Below are positions 37,016 to 37,250 of a stretch of 37,250 bases of DNA, piece by piece. Position 1 is the first letter of the stretch. Each line of letters starts with the position of its first letter. The stretch is from Chitinophagaceae bacterium. Its GTDB lineage: Bacteria > Bacteroidota > Bacteroidia > Chitinophagales > Chitinophagaceae. The position numbers were made by a program, and so were the translations under genes. The notes beneath the pieces were generated by a model. That model ran no database searches, had not been told where the DNA came from, and saw only the letters and a program-made list of their open reading frames with translations. The DNA lies in NCBI GenBank assembly GCA_025455365.1, contig JALOMP010000001.1:1-37250 (forward strand). The letters are read 5' to 3'.

Positions 37016-37250
37016 ATGAGTCGATTTACCCTCCTGCTTCTACTGAATTTTTTCCTGTTGGTTCAAATGCCGGGATTTGCGCAGAACAAAACCACGGCAA
37101 CATATGAGCAGACCTGGCTGGCCTATTTCAACCAGACCAGGTTCTCCAACAAATGGGGCCTCTGGGCTGATTTCCACCTGCGGACGGAGGACAATTTTGT
37201 AGAGGGACTTTCCACAGGTATTATCCGTCTTGGACTCACCTATTATGTGA
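37016..37250 (+). CDS. Exported, probably outer-membrane beta-barrel protein (DUF2490-like), 3' truncated; not in the ORF track
   Basis: Hand translation MSRFTLLLLLNFFLLVQMPGFA|QNKTTATYEQTWLAYFNQTRFSNKWGLWADFHLRTEDNF...IRLGLTYYV is open to the window end. Signal peptide with A|Q cleavage and alternating beta-strand pattern. Confidence 0.75.
   Translation, partial: MSRFTLLLLLNFFLLVQMPGFAQNKTTATYEQTWLAYFNQTRFSNKWGLWADFHLRTEDNFVEGLSTGIIRLGLTYYV

Noticed and set aside
1-37250. CRISPR arrays, tRNA/rRNA genes, IS elements, tandem repeats
   Set aside because: Intergenic gaps are all under 400 bp, and none shows regular repeats, cloverleaf structure or transposase/integrase motifs.

Overview
Gene-dense chromosomal window with no tRNA, rRNA, CRISPR array or mobile element detected. 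It is most likely from a Bacteroidota (Chitinophagaceae-like) bacterium, inferred from repeated TAnnTTTG -7 promoter boxes, scarce Shine-Dalgarno sites, the amn/HsdR-N pair, Bacteroidota-type CcmBCD and a DUF2490-like gene. Left part (1-16.2 kb): the end of a glycan locus (GT2, Wzx), then ssb, an Ldh_2 oxidoreductase, lysC, a Na/Pi cotransporter, queA, AMP nucleosidase, a lone HsdR-N nuclease domain, DJ-1/PfpI, glutamate dehydrogenase with an animal-like antenna insert, ccmB/C/D, tdk and waaA. Middle (16.3-23.5 kb): nucleotide-sugar operon (DegT-type aminotransferase, ugd, uxs, a UDP-HexNAc dehydrogenase, rfbBCD). Right (25.2-36.9 kb), the most interesting part: a tightly coupled nine-gene operon, cysD-cysN-cobA-cysJ-cysI-ALA synthase-hemC/hemD-like fusion-hemB-(Met8/CysG-B + TauE/SafE fusion). 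It appears to encode a complete private siroheme pathway starting from glycine + succinyl-CoA (Shemin/C4 route, unexpected outside Alphaproteobacteria and eukaryotes). It is preceded by TCTAC-N7-GTAGA operator-like sites and lacks cysH/cysC. All calls come from motif recognition by eye; no database searches were run.
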